Sequence record: MT887289.1 | DNA length: 64,000 nt | Strand: one strand, 5' to 3' | DNA from: Escherichia phage SME50 | In this document: positions 35,459 to 42,022 of the stretch, piece by piece | Position numbering within the stretch: position 1 is the first letter of the stretch | How the letters are laid out: each line of letters begins with the position of its first letter | Made by a program: the position numbers and the translations under genes | Notes under the pieces: generated by a model | Told to the model about the DNA's origin: nothing | The model's input: only the letters and a program-made list of their open reading frames with translations | Database searches by the model: none

Positions 35459-35493
35459 TTGACAGACTCTACAAAGTTGCTCTAAAGTCTGTC
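35459..35493 (+). promoter_or_regulatory. TTGACA box overlapping a perfect 8-bp inverted repeat (GACAGACT-N17-AGTCTGTC); promoter/operator candidate
   Basis: Seen directly upstream of the vWA-protein gene. Confidence 0.4.
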
Positions 35494-35526
35494 ACATCAA
35501 CCAACAATGAGAGAAGAGAGTAAAAT

Positions 35527-36942
35527 ATGAGCGAATTATTTAAACATGCGCACCTTCATGCAGGTCGAACTGAAAATGGTGCTGTAAACCATACTTCATC
35601 AATGTCTGCTCTGGTAGACTTCTACAAAGCCGCTGGCTCAAGCCGTAGCAATGTAGAAATCTTACCAGACCTGTTCTACAAAGCTTTGCGTGAGGATGTT
35701 GATGTTGCAGTTCGTATTTTACTGCATATGCGAGATGTACGAGAAGGTATGGGTGAGCGTAAAGCTTTCCGAACTGTTTTACTTCAAGCGATTGAAGATA
35801 AGGTTTTAGAACCTACACAGGTTCTTCGCATTATGGATAAGATTGCAGAACTTGGTCGTTTTGATGACTTCAAAATCTTTGTAGGTACTCGTTTTGAGAC
35901 AGATGCCTTCAAACATTTAGAAGCAGCATTACTAGACCCTGCAACAGCAGGTTTAGCGGCTAAGTGGTTACCACGAGTAAAACCACGCCACAAACAGTTT
36001 GTAAAACGTTTCTGTAAGTTTGCAAACTTAAGTGAGAAGGAGTATCGCACACTGTTATCTGCACTGTCCGATACGGTTGAGCAAAAAATCTCTGCTAATG
36101 AGTTTGGTAAGATTGACTACAGCAAGATTCCTTCACTCGCTGCTGCACGTTACCAAAAGCTCTTTAACCGTAAAGATGGTGAACGTTACAAAGCTTATAT
36201 CGAGTCACTCTCAAAGGGTGAGGCTAAGATTAACGCTGGTGCCGTTTACCCATACGATGTGATTAAATCTATCAAGTATGGTAATGCAGGTGTTGCTAAT
36301 GAGCAGTGGAAAGCACTACCAAACTGGATGGCAGAGGGTGAAAACATCTTGTGTATGACTGATGTTTCAAGCTCAATGTCTTGGGTGAATCTTGGTTCAA
36401 TCACTGCCCTTGATATTGGCGTATCACTTGCCTTGTATGTAGCAGAACGCAATACAGGTTGCTTTAAGAATGAGTTAATGGTTTATTCAACAAACCCTCA
36501 CTTCATCGAACTGAGTGGTGATTTGAGAAACCGTCACCGTCAGGTAATGCGTCATGTTGAATATGGTTCAACTAACTTACAAGCAGCTTTTGACCGCATT
36601 CTTGAAATAGGTAAGAGAAACAACTTGACTCAGAAAGATATGCCAAGTAAGCTTATTATCTTCTCTGATATGGAGTTTAATCAGGTTGATGGTGCAAATG
36701 GTCGTACAAACTTTGAAGCAATTCAGAGTAAGTACAAAAAAGCTGGATACGAAATGCCACAACTAGTATTCTGGTACTTAGCAAACCGTAATGGTACTTG
36801 CGAAGTATCTGTTAAAGATAATGGTGTAGCAATGGTATCAGGGTTCTCTCCAGCCACTTTAAAAGCTCTGCTTGGTGGTGAGAAGTTTGACCCAATCAGC
36901 GTAATGCTCAAAGCAGTAATGATTGACCGTTACATCTGGTAA
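35527..36942 (+). CDS. vWA (MIDAS) domain protein with large alpha-helical N-terminal domain; candidate Ro60/TROVE-like RNA-binding protein
   Basis: 471-aa ORF; MIDAS-type motif LCMTDVSSSMSW in the C-terminal third; lies immediately upstream of the tRNA array. Confidence 0.45.
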   Translation: MSELFKHAHLHAGRTENGAVNHTSSMSALVDFYKAAGSSRSNVEILPDLFYKALREDVDVAVRILLHMRDVREGMGERKAFRTVLLQAIEDKVLEPTQVLRIMDKIAELGRFDDFKIFVGTRFETDAFKHLEAALLDPATAGLAAKWLPRVKPRHKQFVKRFCKFANLSEKEYRTLLSALSDTVEQKISANEFGKIDYSKIPSLAAARYQKLFNRKDGERYKAYIESLSKGEAKINAGAVYPYDVIKSIKYGNAGVANEQWKALPNWMAEGENILCMTDVSSSMSWVNLGSITALDIGVSLALYVAERNTGCFKNELMVYSTNPHFIELSGDLRNRHRQVMRHVEYGSTNLQAAFDRILEIGKRNNLTQKDMPSKLIIFSDMEFNQVDGANGRTNFEAIQSKYKKAGYEMPQLVFWYLANRNGTCEVSVKDNGVAMVSGFSPATLKALLGGEKFDPISVMLKAVMIDRYIW

Positions 36943-36960
36943 AAAGTTTCAAAAAGGGTA

Positions 36961-36989
36961 TTGACAATGTGTTTGATACCCTTTAATAT
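36961..36989 (+). promoter_or_regulatory. sigma70-like promoter upstream of the tRNA array
   Basis: TTGACA - 17 nt - TAATAT. Confidence 0.55.
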
Positions 36990-37051
36990 GTTCTACATAG
37001 AAACGAAATGAGAGCTTTTCTAAGATACTGAAAAATATTTTAAAAAAGTTC

Positions 37052-37081
37052 TTGACAATCACTAAAAAATAATGTTAAAGT
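37052..37081 (+). promoter_or_regulatory. sigma70-like promoter (extended -10) upstream of the first tRNA
   Basis: TTGACA - 18 nt - TGnTAAAGT about 25 nt before tRNA-Pro. Confidence 0.45.
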
Positions 37082-37107
37082 GGTTACATAGAGTTTGAAA
37101 AGTTTAT

Positions 37108-37184
37108 CTCTGTTTAGCTCAGCTTGGTAGAGCGTTCCGTTTGGGGCGGTAAGGCCGGAGGTTCAAGTCCTCCAACAGAGACCA
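37108..37184 (+). tRNA. tRNA-Pro(TGG)
   Basis: Manual fold: acceptor CTCTGTT/AACAGAG, D-arm GCTC...GAGC, anticodon loop TTTGGGG, T-arm GGAGG-TTCAAGT-CCTCC, CCA encoded. Confidence 0.7.
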
Positions 37185-37191
37185 AATTAAT

Positions 37192-37269
37192 GTTCCAGTA
37201 GACAAAACGGTAAAGTCACCACTCTTTCAAAGTGGATATTTGAGGGTTCAAATCCCTTCTGGAACGCCA
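37192..37269 (+). tRNA. tRNA-Glu(TTC)
   Basis: Acceptor GTTCCAG/CTGGAAC, anticodon stem CCACT/AGTGG with loop CTTTCAA, T-loop TTCAAAT, CCA encoded. Confidence 0.7.
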
Positions 37270-37276
37270 GTTTTGA

Positions 37277-37349
37277 CAGAAGACCAATTGCAGCAAACTT
37301 AATCTTATTCATCTGACACGAAATCGGACAAAGAAGATATTTGGTCTGG
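37277..37349 (+). ncRNA. conserved inverted-repeat element A (CAGAAGACCAA ... TTGGTCTGG)
   Basis: 7-bp closing helix; conserved 5' block CAGAAGACCnnnTTGCAGCAAA; immediately follows a tRNA 3' end. Confidence 0.35.
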
Positions 37350-37360
37350 TCATTAAGAAT

Positions 37361-37437
37361 TGCGGGTATAGAGAAAGGGCGTCTCACATGTCTCATTAGC
37401 ATGGTATCGGCAGGTTCGACTCCTGCACCCGCCTCCA
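37361..37437 (+). tRNA. tRNA-Met(CAT), possibly initiator-type
   Basis: Anticodon stem CATGT/GCATG with loop CTCATTA; T-arm GCAGG-TTCGACT-CCTGC; position 1-72 unpaired (T/C); CCA encoded. Confidence 0.6.
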
Positions 37438-37443
37438 ATTTTG

Positions 37444-37503
37444 CAGAAGACCGTATTCAGCAACAAAATACTTTTTGCGGATAAAAGAAAAAACACGGTC
37501 TGG
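37444..37503 (+). ncRNA. conserved inverted-repeat element B (CAGAAGACCGT ... ACGGTCTGG)
   Basis: 7-bp closing helix around an A/T-rich loop; shares the 5' block with elements A, C, D. Confidence 0.35.
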
Positions 37504-37514
37504 CAATGTATTAA

Positions 37515-37591
37515 GGTTAGGAAGCACATAAGGTATGTGCGGTCGCCTGTTAAGCGAATGGCACAGGGTTCGAATCCCTGACTAACCGCAA
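37515..37591 (+). tRNA. tRNA-Asn(GTT)
   Basis: D-arm GCAC...GTGC, anticodon loop CTGTTAA, T-arm CAGGG-TTCGAAT-CCCTG; 3' end reads CAA not CCA. Confidence 0.6.
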
Positions 37592-37600
37592 AATTTAAAT

Positions 37601-37688
37601 GTGTCGTTATCCCGTAGATGGTAGCGGTGGGGACTGTAAATCCCTTGTCATTGAGACTCGGTAGGTTCGACTCCTACACGGCACACCA
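37601..37688 (+). tRNA. tRNA-Tyr(GTA), class II
   Basis: Acceptor GTGTCGT/ACGGCAC, anticodon stem GGGGA/TCCCT with loop CTGTAAA, long variable arm, T-arm GTAGG-TTCGACT-CCTAC, CCA encoded. Confidence 0.7.
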
Positions 37689-37710
37689 ACACTTAGCGAG
37701 ATACTTAGTT

Positions 37711-38139
37711 ATGAGAGATGAAGTATACAAATCACAACTTGGTATGAGTTTAGGAACTGCACAAAACAGACTAGTAAAAGATTTGCTATTTGATTTTATA
37801 TGTAAAACAAATCAAAATAGATGTTTTCAGTGCGGAAAGGAAATGACTAGGGATGATTTCTCTATCGAGCATAAGATTCCGTGGAGACATAGTGAAAATG
37901 CAAAAGAGCTTTTCTTTTCACTAGATAACATTTCTTATAGTCATCTTAAATGCAACATGAAAGCAGCAAGACCAGCACAGATAAGTGAAAGAAAACCTAA
38001 AACAATTAAACACGGAACTGCGTATAGCTATTACAAAGGCTGTAGATGCGATGCGTGTAGGCTGGCTAAGAATGCTGAGAGTAGAAGAAACTATAGTCCA
38101 GAAAGACGTAGGAAGAAGTATATAAGAAATGGTACATAG
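37711..38139 (+). CDS. HNH homing endonuclease inside the tRNA array
   Basis: CFQCGK...EHKIPW...N...H HNH motif; start moved to ATG 37711 because the track ORF start (37618) overlaps tRNA-Tyr. Confidence 0.65.
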   Translation: MRDEVYKSQLGMSLGTAQNRLVKDLLFDFICKTNQNRCFQCGKEMTRDDFSIEHKIPWRHSENAKELFFSLDNISYSHLKCNMKAARPAQISERKPKTIKHGTAYSYYKGCRCDACRLAKNAESRRNYSPERRRKKYIRNGT

Positions 38140-38144
38140 GTTTT

Positions 38145-38220
38145 GGGGTATTAGTTTAGACGGGTAAAATACTGGATTGTCTCTCCTGAGCCGCGAGTTC
38201 GATTCTCGCATACCTCGCCA
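38145..38220 (+). tRNA. tRNA-Asp(GTC)
   Basis: Acceptor GGGGTAT/ATACCTC, anticodon loop TTGTCTC (one stem mismatch), T-arm GCGAG-TTCGATT-CTCGC, CCA encoded. Confidence 0.55.
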
Positions 38221-38281
38221 ATTTTGAGAGGGCTATTTAGCCCCTCCCTTAAAGAGTTCTTACGAGTATTCTTTAAAGGAG

Positions 38282-38355
38282 CAGAAGACCAAATTCAGCA
38301 AGTTACTTAAAATTTCAAGCCAATTTAATTTTGAAAAATTTAAAACTTGGTCTGG
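38282..38355 (+). ncRNA. conserved inverted-repeat element C (CAGAAGACCAA ... TTGGTCTGG)
   Basis: Same family as A/B/D; A/T-rich interior. Confidence 0.35.
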
Positions 38356-38368
38356 CTCAACAAATTTA

Positions 38369-38500
38369 CAGAAGACCGTTTACAGCAAAACTTAAACAAT
38401 CTATTTCTCCGGTAAAGAAAAGGCGAAGGTTCGATTCCTTCACTCGGCAGATGTCGAGTTGGTGTAATGGTAGCACTTAAGATGATAAACAACGGTCTGG
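38369..38500 (+). ncRNA. candidate Y-RNA-like ncRNA: circularly permuted tRNA-like module closed by an 8-bp terminal helix (element D)
   Basis: Order 5'-helix, CTTAA, T-arm GAAGG-TTCGATT-CCTTC, acceptor-3' ACTCGGC, acceptor-5' GTCGAGT, D-arm GTGT-AATGGTA-GCAC, TTAAG, 3'-helix; the two acceptor halves are complementary to each other. Confidence 0.45.
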
Positions 38501-38507
38501 TAATTGT

Positions 38508-38639
38508 CTTTGTAGATAAGTTATTAAGCTTACCTGTGAGTATGCGACCACAAAGGGTGAAAGGGTAAATTCTAGATTTAAACCCAACAAGGCACATCGC
38601 TACAGACCTTAAGCAAGTCTGGGTAGCTTATCTACAAAG
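38508..38639 (+). ncRNA. structured element bounded by a perfect 13-bp inverted repeat (CTTTGTAGATAAG ... CTTATCTACAAAG)
   Basis: 13-bp perfect IR encloses about 105 nt including an internal CAGACC...GTCTGG hairpin; no ORF. Confidence 0.35.
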
Positions 38640-38649
38640 ATAATTTAAT

Positions 38650-38725
38650 GGAAGTGTAGCAGAATGGTGATGCGGCAGACTTTTAATCTGACAGGCGATG
38701 GGTTCGAATCCCTCCACTTCTACCA
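38650..38725 (+). tRNA. tRNA-Lys(TTT)
   Basis: Acceptor GGAAGTG/CACTTCT, anticodon loop CTTTTAA, T-loop TTCGAAT, CCA encoded; T-stem has only 3 clean pairs. Confidence 0.55.
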
Positions 38726-38729
38726 AAAT

Positions 38730-38806
38730 GGTTCAGTCGCAGATAAGGTAATGCAGGGGTTTCATAAGCCCTATGAATGTGGGTTCGATTCCCATCTGAA
38801 CCTCCA
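38730..38806 (+). tRNA. tRNA with CAT anticodon (elongator Met or Ile2)
   Basis: Acceptor GGTTCAG/CTGAACC, anticodon stem GGGGT/GCCCT with loop TTCATAA, T-arm GTGGG-TTCGATT-CCCAT, CCA encoded. Confidence 0.6.
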
Positions 38807-38808
38807 AT

Positions 38809-38884
38809 GCTGTGAAAGCACATATGGATGTGCATTCGGCTGATAACCGAAAGGAAGAAGGTTCGAATCCTTCTCACAGTACCA
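38809..38884 (+). tRNA. tRNA-Ile(GAT)
   Basis: D-arm GCAC...GTGC, anticodon stem TTCGG/CCGAA with loop CTGATAA, T-arm GAAGG-TTCGAAT-CCTTC, CCA encoded. Confidence 0.7.
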
Positions 38885-38899
38885 ATTTCAATAAAGTTG

Positions 38900-38928
38900 T
38901 TGACATTGAGATGTGACCACTTTATAGT
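38900..38928 (+). promoter_or_regulatory. sigma70-like promoter within the tRNA array
   Basis: TTGACA - 17 nt - TATAGT. Confidence 0.55.
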
Positions 38929-39250
38929 AACTAAAATACTTCATAATATGTATAATTCAAACACCAATACATGAGCGTTAGACGTAACACAATGTGGGGA
39001 AATTTGTTGTACATATTCTGAATAGTTTTCGTTGCGTAGCGTCTATTTTGCAAATTTAAAATAAATGCAAACGACAATGTTTTTCTGGCAGTAGCTTGAT
39101 AGGCTAAACACCAGTGAGGTCTTCCAATCCCTCATCAAAGAATTTGGCGTACTCGCCCACGGTATGATTAATAAGGTGGGCAACATTCTAAAGGGTATCC
39201 CTTATGGGGCTTGGCTTAAATGCAATGAGTACCCTTTAAAATGTTAATTA

Positions 39251-39332
39251 CGGGGCGTATCTCAGCGGTCTTCTAAACCGCCGTTAACCGAGTAAGTGGA
39301 GTATGCGGGTTCGAGTCCTGCCGCCTCGACCA
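39251..39332 (+). tRNA. atypical tRNA-like gene (good acceptor/T-arm and a TCT-containing stem-loop, but no recognisable D-arm); isotype uncertain
   Basis: Acceptor CGGGGCG/CGCCTCG, T-arm GCGGG-TTCGAGT-CCTGC, CCA encoded; internal hairpin GCGGT-CTTCTAA-ACCGC. Confidence 0.35.
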
Positions 39333-39346
39333 ATTTTGGATGAAAT

Positions 39347-39695
39347 CATGAAGACTTGTATTAGGTGCAAACTTAGCAAGGATGAAAGTGATTTCTACAT
39401 GAAAGATGGTAGGAGAACTCATTCATACTGTAAAAAGTGTGTTAATGAGCAAACCATAGAAAGACAAAGAGCACTTAAACTTTCAGCTATTGAGTACAAA
39501 GGTGGTGTTTGTCAGGATTGTGGTAAAAGGTATCATCCAGCAGTGTATGACTTCCATCATTTGAATCCTTCAGAGAAAGATTTTAACATTGCTCATAGAA
39601 GAAGTCTTAAGTTCTCTCAGGAGCTTAAGAACGAACTTGACAAATGTGTTTTGCTATGTTCAAATTGCCATAGGGTAAGACATGCAAAGTATTAG
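39347..39695 (+). CDS. HNH endonuclease (zinc-finger plus HNH) inside the tRNA array
   Basis: CIRC...CKKC zinc-finger then HHLNP...CVLLCSNCHRVRH; start moved to ATG 39347 because the track ORF start overlaps the upstream tRNA-like gene. Confidence 0.65.
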
Positions 39696-39832
39696 TTAGC
39701 AGATTGCTTAGACGACCTTATCGGGTCTCCGTGTAAGGAGGTGGTCTGTATCTCATGTTTTCCAGAACATGTAAATAATCTGAGAAGGGGCTTTACAGTG
39801 TTGCGAAAATACGGTAAGCTTCGAATTATAGT

Positions 39833-39915
39833 GTGGGACGATGTTAAGACTCTAAGGCATGAGCAACGGCCTCCAAAACCGTTTCAAAGGGGTTCAACTC
39901 CTCCGTCCCATGCCA
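39833..39915 (+). tRNA. tRNA-Trp(CCA) (D-region longer than canonical)
   Basis: Acceptor GTGGGAC/GTCCCAT, anticodon loop CTCCAAA as in bacterial tRNA-Trp, T-loop TTCAACT, CCA encoded. Confidence 0.45.
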
Positions 39916-39928
39916 AAGTCTTATTAGG

Positions 39929-40016
39929 GGTAGGTAGCGGCTAATGGCAGCCAAACAGTCTTGAAAACTGTTGCCACTGTAGAGATACGGTGAGGGTTCG
40001 ACTCCTTTACTTACCG
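39929..40016 (+). tRNA. tRNA-Ser(TGA), class II
   Basis: Acceptor GGTAGGT/ACTTACC, anticodon stem ACAGT/ACTGT with loop CTTGAAA, long variable arm, T-loop TTCGACT; CCA not fully encoded. Confidence 0.6.
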
Positions 40017-40175
40017 CCTAATAAGATTTTACACCGTCCATGCTTGCTCGCATTTTCGGTTTATCCCTCGTGTATTGTCGTACACACTGATAAAGCACCT
40101 AGTAGGTGTCACGGAGAAGAGATAATATCAAGCTCTCCAAAGGTTCTAGTCACCGGATTAAACAAGACTATGCAA

Positions 40176-40195
40176 AGACCTAAATAGGTCTTTTT
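40176..40195 (+). terminator. rho-independent terminator
   Basis: AGACCT-AAAT-AGGTCT hairpin followed by TTTTT. Confidence 0.5.
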
Positions 40196-40274
40196 AGAGG
40201 GCTTCTAAGGTTATTACAGCTTGTTGTGGAACCTTGTTGCTTAGGTTCTTAGAAGTTCTCTAAAAAGATTTAAT

Positions 40275-40352
40275 GGGAGATTGACGGTAATTGGTAAACC
40301 TACCATCCTTAGAAGTTGGTGTTTGAGGGTTCGAATCCCTTGTCTCCTACCA
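40275..40352 (+). tRNA. tRNA with anticodon TAG (Leu-type anticodon) but short variable arm; identity uncertain
   Basis: Acceptor GGGAGAT/GTCTCCT, anticodon loop CTTAGAA, T-arm GAGGG-TTCGAAT-CCCTT, A73, CCA encoded. Confidence 0.45.
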
Positions 40353-40359
40353 AATTAAT

Positions 40360-40435
40360 GCAGGTGTAGCAAAATGGTTATGCGGCTGACTCTTAATCAG
40401 TAAGACGATGGGTTCAATTCCCTCCACCTGTACCA
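40360..40435 (+). tRNA. tRNA-Lys(CTT)
   Basis: Paralog of the 38650 tRNA: acceptor GCAGGTG/CACCTGT, anticodon stem GCTGA/TCAGT with loop CTCTTAA, T-loop TTCAATT, CCA encoded. Confidence 0.55.
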
Positions 40436-40439
40436 AATT

Positions 40440-40515
40440 GGGGTCATAGTTTATATGGTTAAAATTCGAGTTTTGCAAACTTGGGAACTGAGTTCAATTC
40501 TCAGTGACTCCACCA
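40440..40515 (+). tRNA. tRNA-Ala(TGC)
   Basis: Acceptor GGGGTCA/TGACTCC, anticodon loop TTTGCAA, T-arm CTGAG-TTCAATT-CTCAG, CCA encoded. Confidence 0.65.
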
Positions 40516-40521
40516 ATTAGT

Positions 40522-40596
40522 GCATCCATAGTTTAAACGGGAAAATTACAGTCTTCCAAACTGAGGTTGAGGGTTCGATTCCCTCTGGATGCTCCA
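40522..40596 (+). tRNA. tRNA-Gly(TCC)
   Basis: Acceptor GCATCCA/TGGATGC, anticodon loop CTTCCAA, T-arm GAGGG-TTCGATT-CCCTC, CCA encoded. Confidence 0.65.
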
Positions 40597-40603
40597 AATT
40601 AAT

Positions 40604-40679
40604 GCTCCTATCGTATAATTGGCTATTACGGTTGCCTTGTAAGCAACTTATCAGGGTTCGAATCCTTGTGGGAGCACCA
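40604..40679 (+). tRNA. tRNA-Thr(TGT)
   Basis: Acceptor GCTCCTA/TGGGAGC, anticodon stem GTTGC/GCAAC with loop CTTGTAA, T-arm CAGGG-TTCGAAT-CCTTG, CCA encoded. Confidence 0.7.
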
Positions 40680-40682
40680 ATT

Positions 40683-40770
40683 CAGAGGTCAAGTGAAAGA
40701 CCGCTTTGAGTCAACTGAAGACCGTAACAAATTCCACGGAGTTGAGTTAGCGGCACAACTTCAGACCTCT
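40683..40770 (+). ncRNA. inverted-repeat element E (CAGAGGTC ... GACCTCT) containing a GAAGACC block
   Basis: 7-bp closing helix and internal hairpins; immediately follows tRNA-Thr. Confidence 0.3.
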
Positions 40771-40775
40771 TTCAT

Positions 40776-40850
40776 ACTCGCTTAGTTTATATGGTAAAAC
40801 ACCACCCTTACAAGATGAAGAAAAAGGTTCAAGTCCTTTAGTGAGTACCA
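40776..40850 (+). tRNA. tRNA-Val(TAC) (weak anticodon stem)
   Basis: Acceptor ACTCGCT/AGTGAGT, D-arm GTTT...AAAC, anticodon loop CTTACAA, T-arm AAAGG-TTCAAGT-CCTTT, CCA encoded. Confidence 0.45.
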
Positions 40851-40851
40851 T

Positions 40852-40929
40852 GTTCCAGTATCCCAATTGGCAGAGGATGCAAGCTCAAACCTTGTACTAG
40901 TGACGGTTCGAATCCGTCTTGGAACACCA
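40852..40929 (+). tRNA. tRNA with anticodon CAA (Leu-type anticodon) but short variable arm; identity uncertain
   Basis: Acceptor GTTCCAG/TTGGAAC, anticodon stem GCAAG/CTTGT with loop CTCAAAC, T-arm GACGG-TTCGAAT-CCGTC, A73, CCA encoded. Confidence 0.5.
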
Positions 40930-40934
40930 ATTTT

Positions 40935-41010
40935 GCAGGATTAGTTCAAATGGATAGAGCAACAGTCTACGAAGCTGTTAATAGGGGTTCGAATCCCTTA
41001 TCCTGCGCCA
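40935..41010 (+). tRNA. tRNA-Arg(ACG)
   Basis: Acceptor GCAGGAT/ATCCTGC, D-arm GTTC...GAGC, anticodon stem ACAGT/GCTGT with loop CTACGAA, T-loop TTCGAAT, CCA encoded. Confidence 0.7.
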
Positions 41011-41029
41011 ATTTAAAGAGGCTATTTAG

Positions 41030-41587
41030 ATGAGATATTTGAAGTATGCTTCATGGATTTTCTTAGCTTTGTTAGAACCATTAGCAGCAATCTTAGCAGT
41101 TATCTTAGCACCTTTCGTAGTTCCATTTTACAGTGAGAAGAAAGGACACTTACCTTTCGGATTTAGATGGATGGAAACTTATGACAACCCGATTGATGGT
41201 GATGAAGGTCATGTCAAACGATGGGCTAAGATTAGAAAGATTGGTAAGCTCGGTGTCTATATGCAGAGAGTCGGATGGCTCTGGAGAAACAAAGCTTATA
41301 ACTTCTCCTACCATGTGTTAGGAAGAGATGTAAAAGATGTTACTAAGTGGAAAGGTAATATCAACGTAAGTTCTGACCCTGAAGATAATCAGACAGGTTA
41401 TCTCTTAATGTGGAACAGCAATGCTTGGGGATTATTCGCTTTTGTACCATCAATTAAAATCTTTGGTAAACAATTCTACTGGAGAATTTATGTTGGATGG
41501 AAACTTAAAAGTGTTGTCCCAGAAGAAAGAGCATTCTCAAGGGAAAGAGTTATGTTGGCATTCTTTATTCATCCACTAAGAAAGTAA
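41030..41587 (+). CDS. membrane protein (N-terminal TM helix) embedded in the tRNA array
   Basis: 185-aa ORF; hydrophobic N-terminus WIFLALLEPLAAILAVILAPFVVPF; Trp-rich remainder. Confidence 0.5.
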   Translation: MRYLKYASWIFLALLEPLAAILAVILAPFVVPFYSEKKGHLPFGFRWMETYDNPIDGDEGHVKRWAKIRKIGKLGVYMQRVGWLWRNKAYNFSYHVLGRDVKDVTKWKGNINVSSDPEDNQTGYLLMWNSNAWGLFAFVPSIKIFGKQFYWRIYVGWKLKSVVPEERAFSRERVMLAFFIHPLRK

Positions 41588-41595
41588 AGATTTAA

Positions 41596-41671
41596 AGGGG
41601 ATTAGTTTACAAGGTTAAAACCTCGGTCTTTGAAATCGAAGAAGTTGGTTCAATTCCAACACCCCCCGCCA
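41596..41671 (+). tRNA. tRNA-Gln(TTG)
   Basis: Anticodon stem TCGGT/ATCGA with loop CTTTGAA, T-arm GTTGG-TTCAATT-CCAAC, CCA encoded; acceptor has two mismatches. Confidence 0.5.
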
Positions 41672-41673
41672 AT

Positions 41674-41752
41674 GCTCCATTACTCCAATTGGCAGAGAGG
41701 CCAGACTTAAAATCTGTGTTATGTATCGGTTCGAATCCGATATGGAGTACCA
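41674..41752 (+). tRNA. tRNA with anticodon TAA (Leu-type anticodon) but short variable arm; identity uncertain
   Basis: Acceptor GCTCCAT/ATGGAGT, anticodon loop CTTAAAA, T-arm ATCGG-TTCGAAT-CCGAT, A73, CCA encoded. Confidence 0.5.
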
Positions 41753-41757
41753 AATTT

Positions 41758-41833
41758 AGCGGTATAGCATAACTGGCAATGCAGCAGTCTCTGAAGCTGT
41801 CTTATTAAGGTTCAAATCCTTATGCCGCTGCCA
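41758..41833 (+). tRNA. tRNA-Gln(CTG)
   Basis: Acceptor AGCGGTA/TGCCGCT, D-arm GCAT...ATGC, anticodon loop CTCTGAA, T-arm TAAGG-TTCAAAT-CCTTA, CCA encoded. Confidence 0.6.
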
Positions 41834-41864
41834 CTTCTAAGGATTCTTACGAGAGTCCTTAAAT

Positions 41865-41940
41865 GTGGCCTTATCATAAATGGTAATGACCCATGCTGTG
41901 AACATGGTCTATACGGGTTCAAATCCCGTAGGTCACCCCA
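41865..41940 (+). tRNA. tRNA-His(GTG)
   Basis: Acceptor GTGGCCT/AGGTCAC, D-arm TCAT...ATGA, anticodon stem CCATG/CATGG with loop CTGTGAA, discriminator C, CCA encoded. Confidence 0.7.
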
Positions 41941-41945
41941 ATTTA

Positions 41946-42022
41946 TAGTCCAAGTAGCTTATATGGTTAAAGCGCGTGTCTGAAAAACATGAGAAGAGGG
42001 TTCAAATCCCACTGGACTACCA
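41946..42022 (+). tRNA. tRNA-Phe(GAA)
   Basis: Acceptor TAGTCCA/TGGACTA, D-arm GCTT...AAGC, anticodon stem CGTGT/ACATG with loop CTGAAAA, T-loop TTCAAAT; 3' register ambiguous by 1 nt. Confidence 0.55.

Noticed and set aside
37618-37710. N-terminal extension of the HNH ORF (track start 37618)
   Set aside because: Overlaps tRNA-Tyr (37601-37688); start moved to ATG 37711
38683-38877. 64-aa minus-strand ORF
   Set aside because: Antisense to three tRNA genes; an artefact of reading across tRNA T-arms
39303-39346. N-terminal extension of the second HNH ORF (track start 39303)
   Set aside because: Begins inside the T-arm of the upstream tRNA-like gene; start moved to ATG 39347
39741-40187. Two short plus-strand ORFs (39741-39944, 39990-40187)
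   Set aside because: They overlap tRNA-Trp and tRNA-Ser or lie in a terminator-containing spacer; no RBS; low-complexity translations
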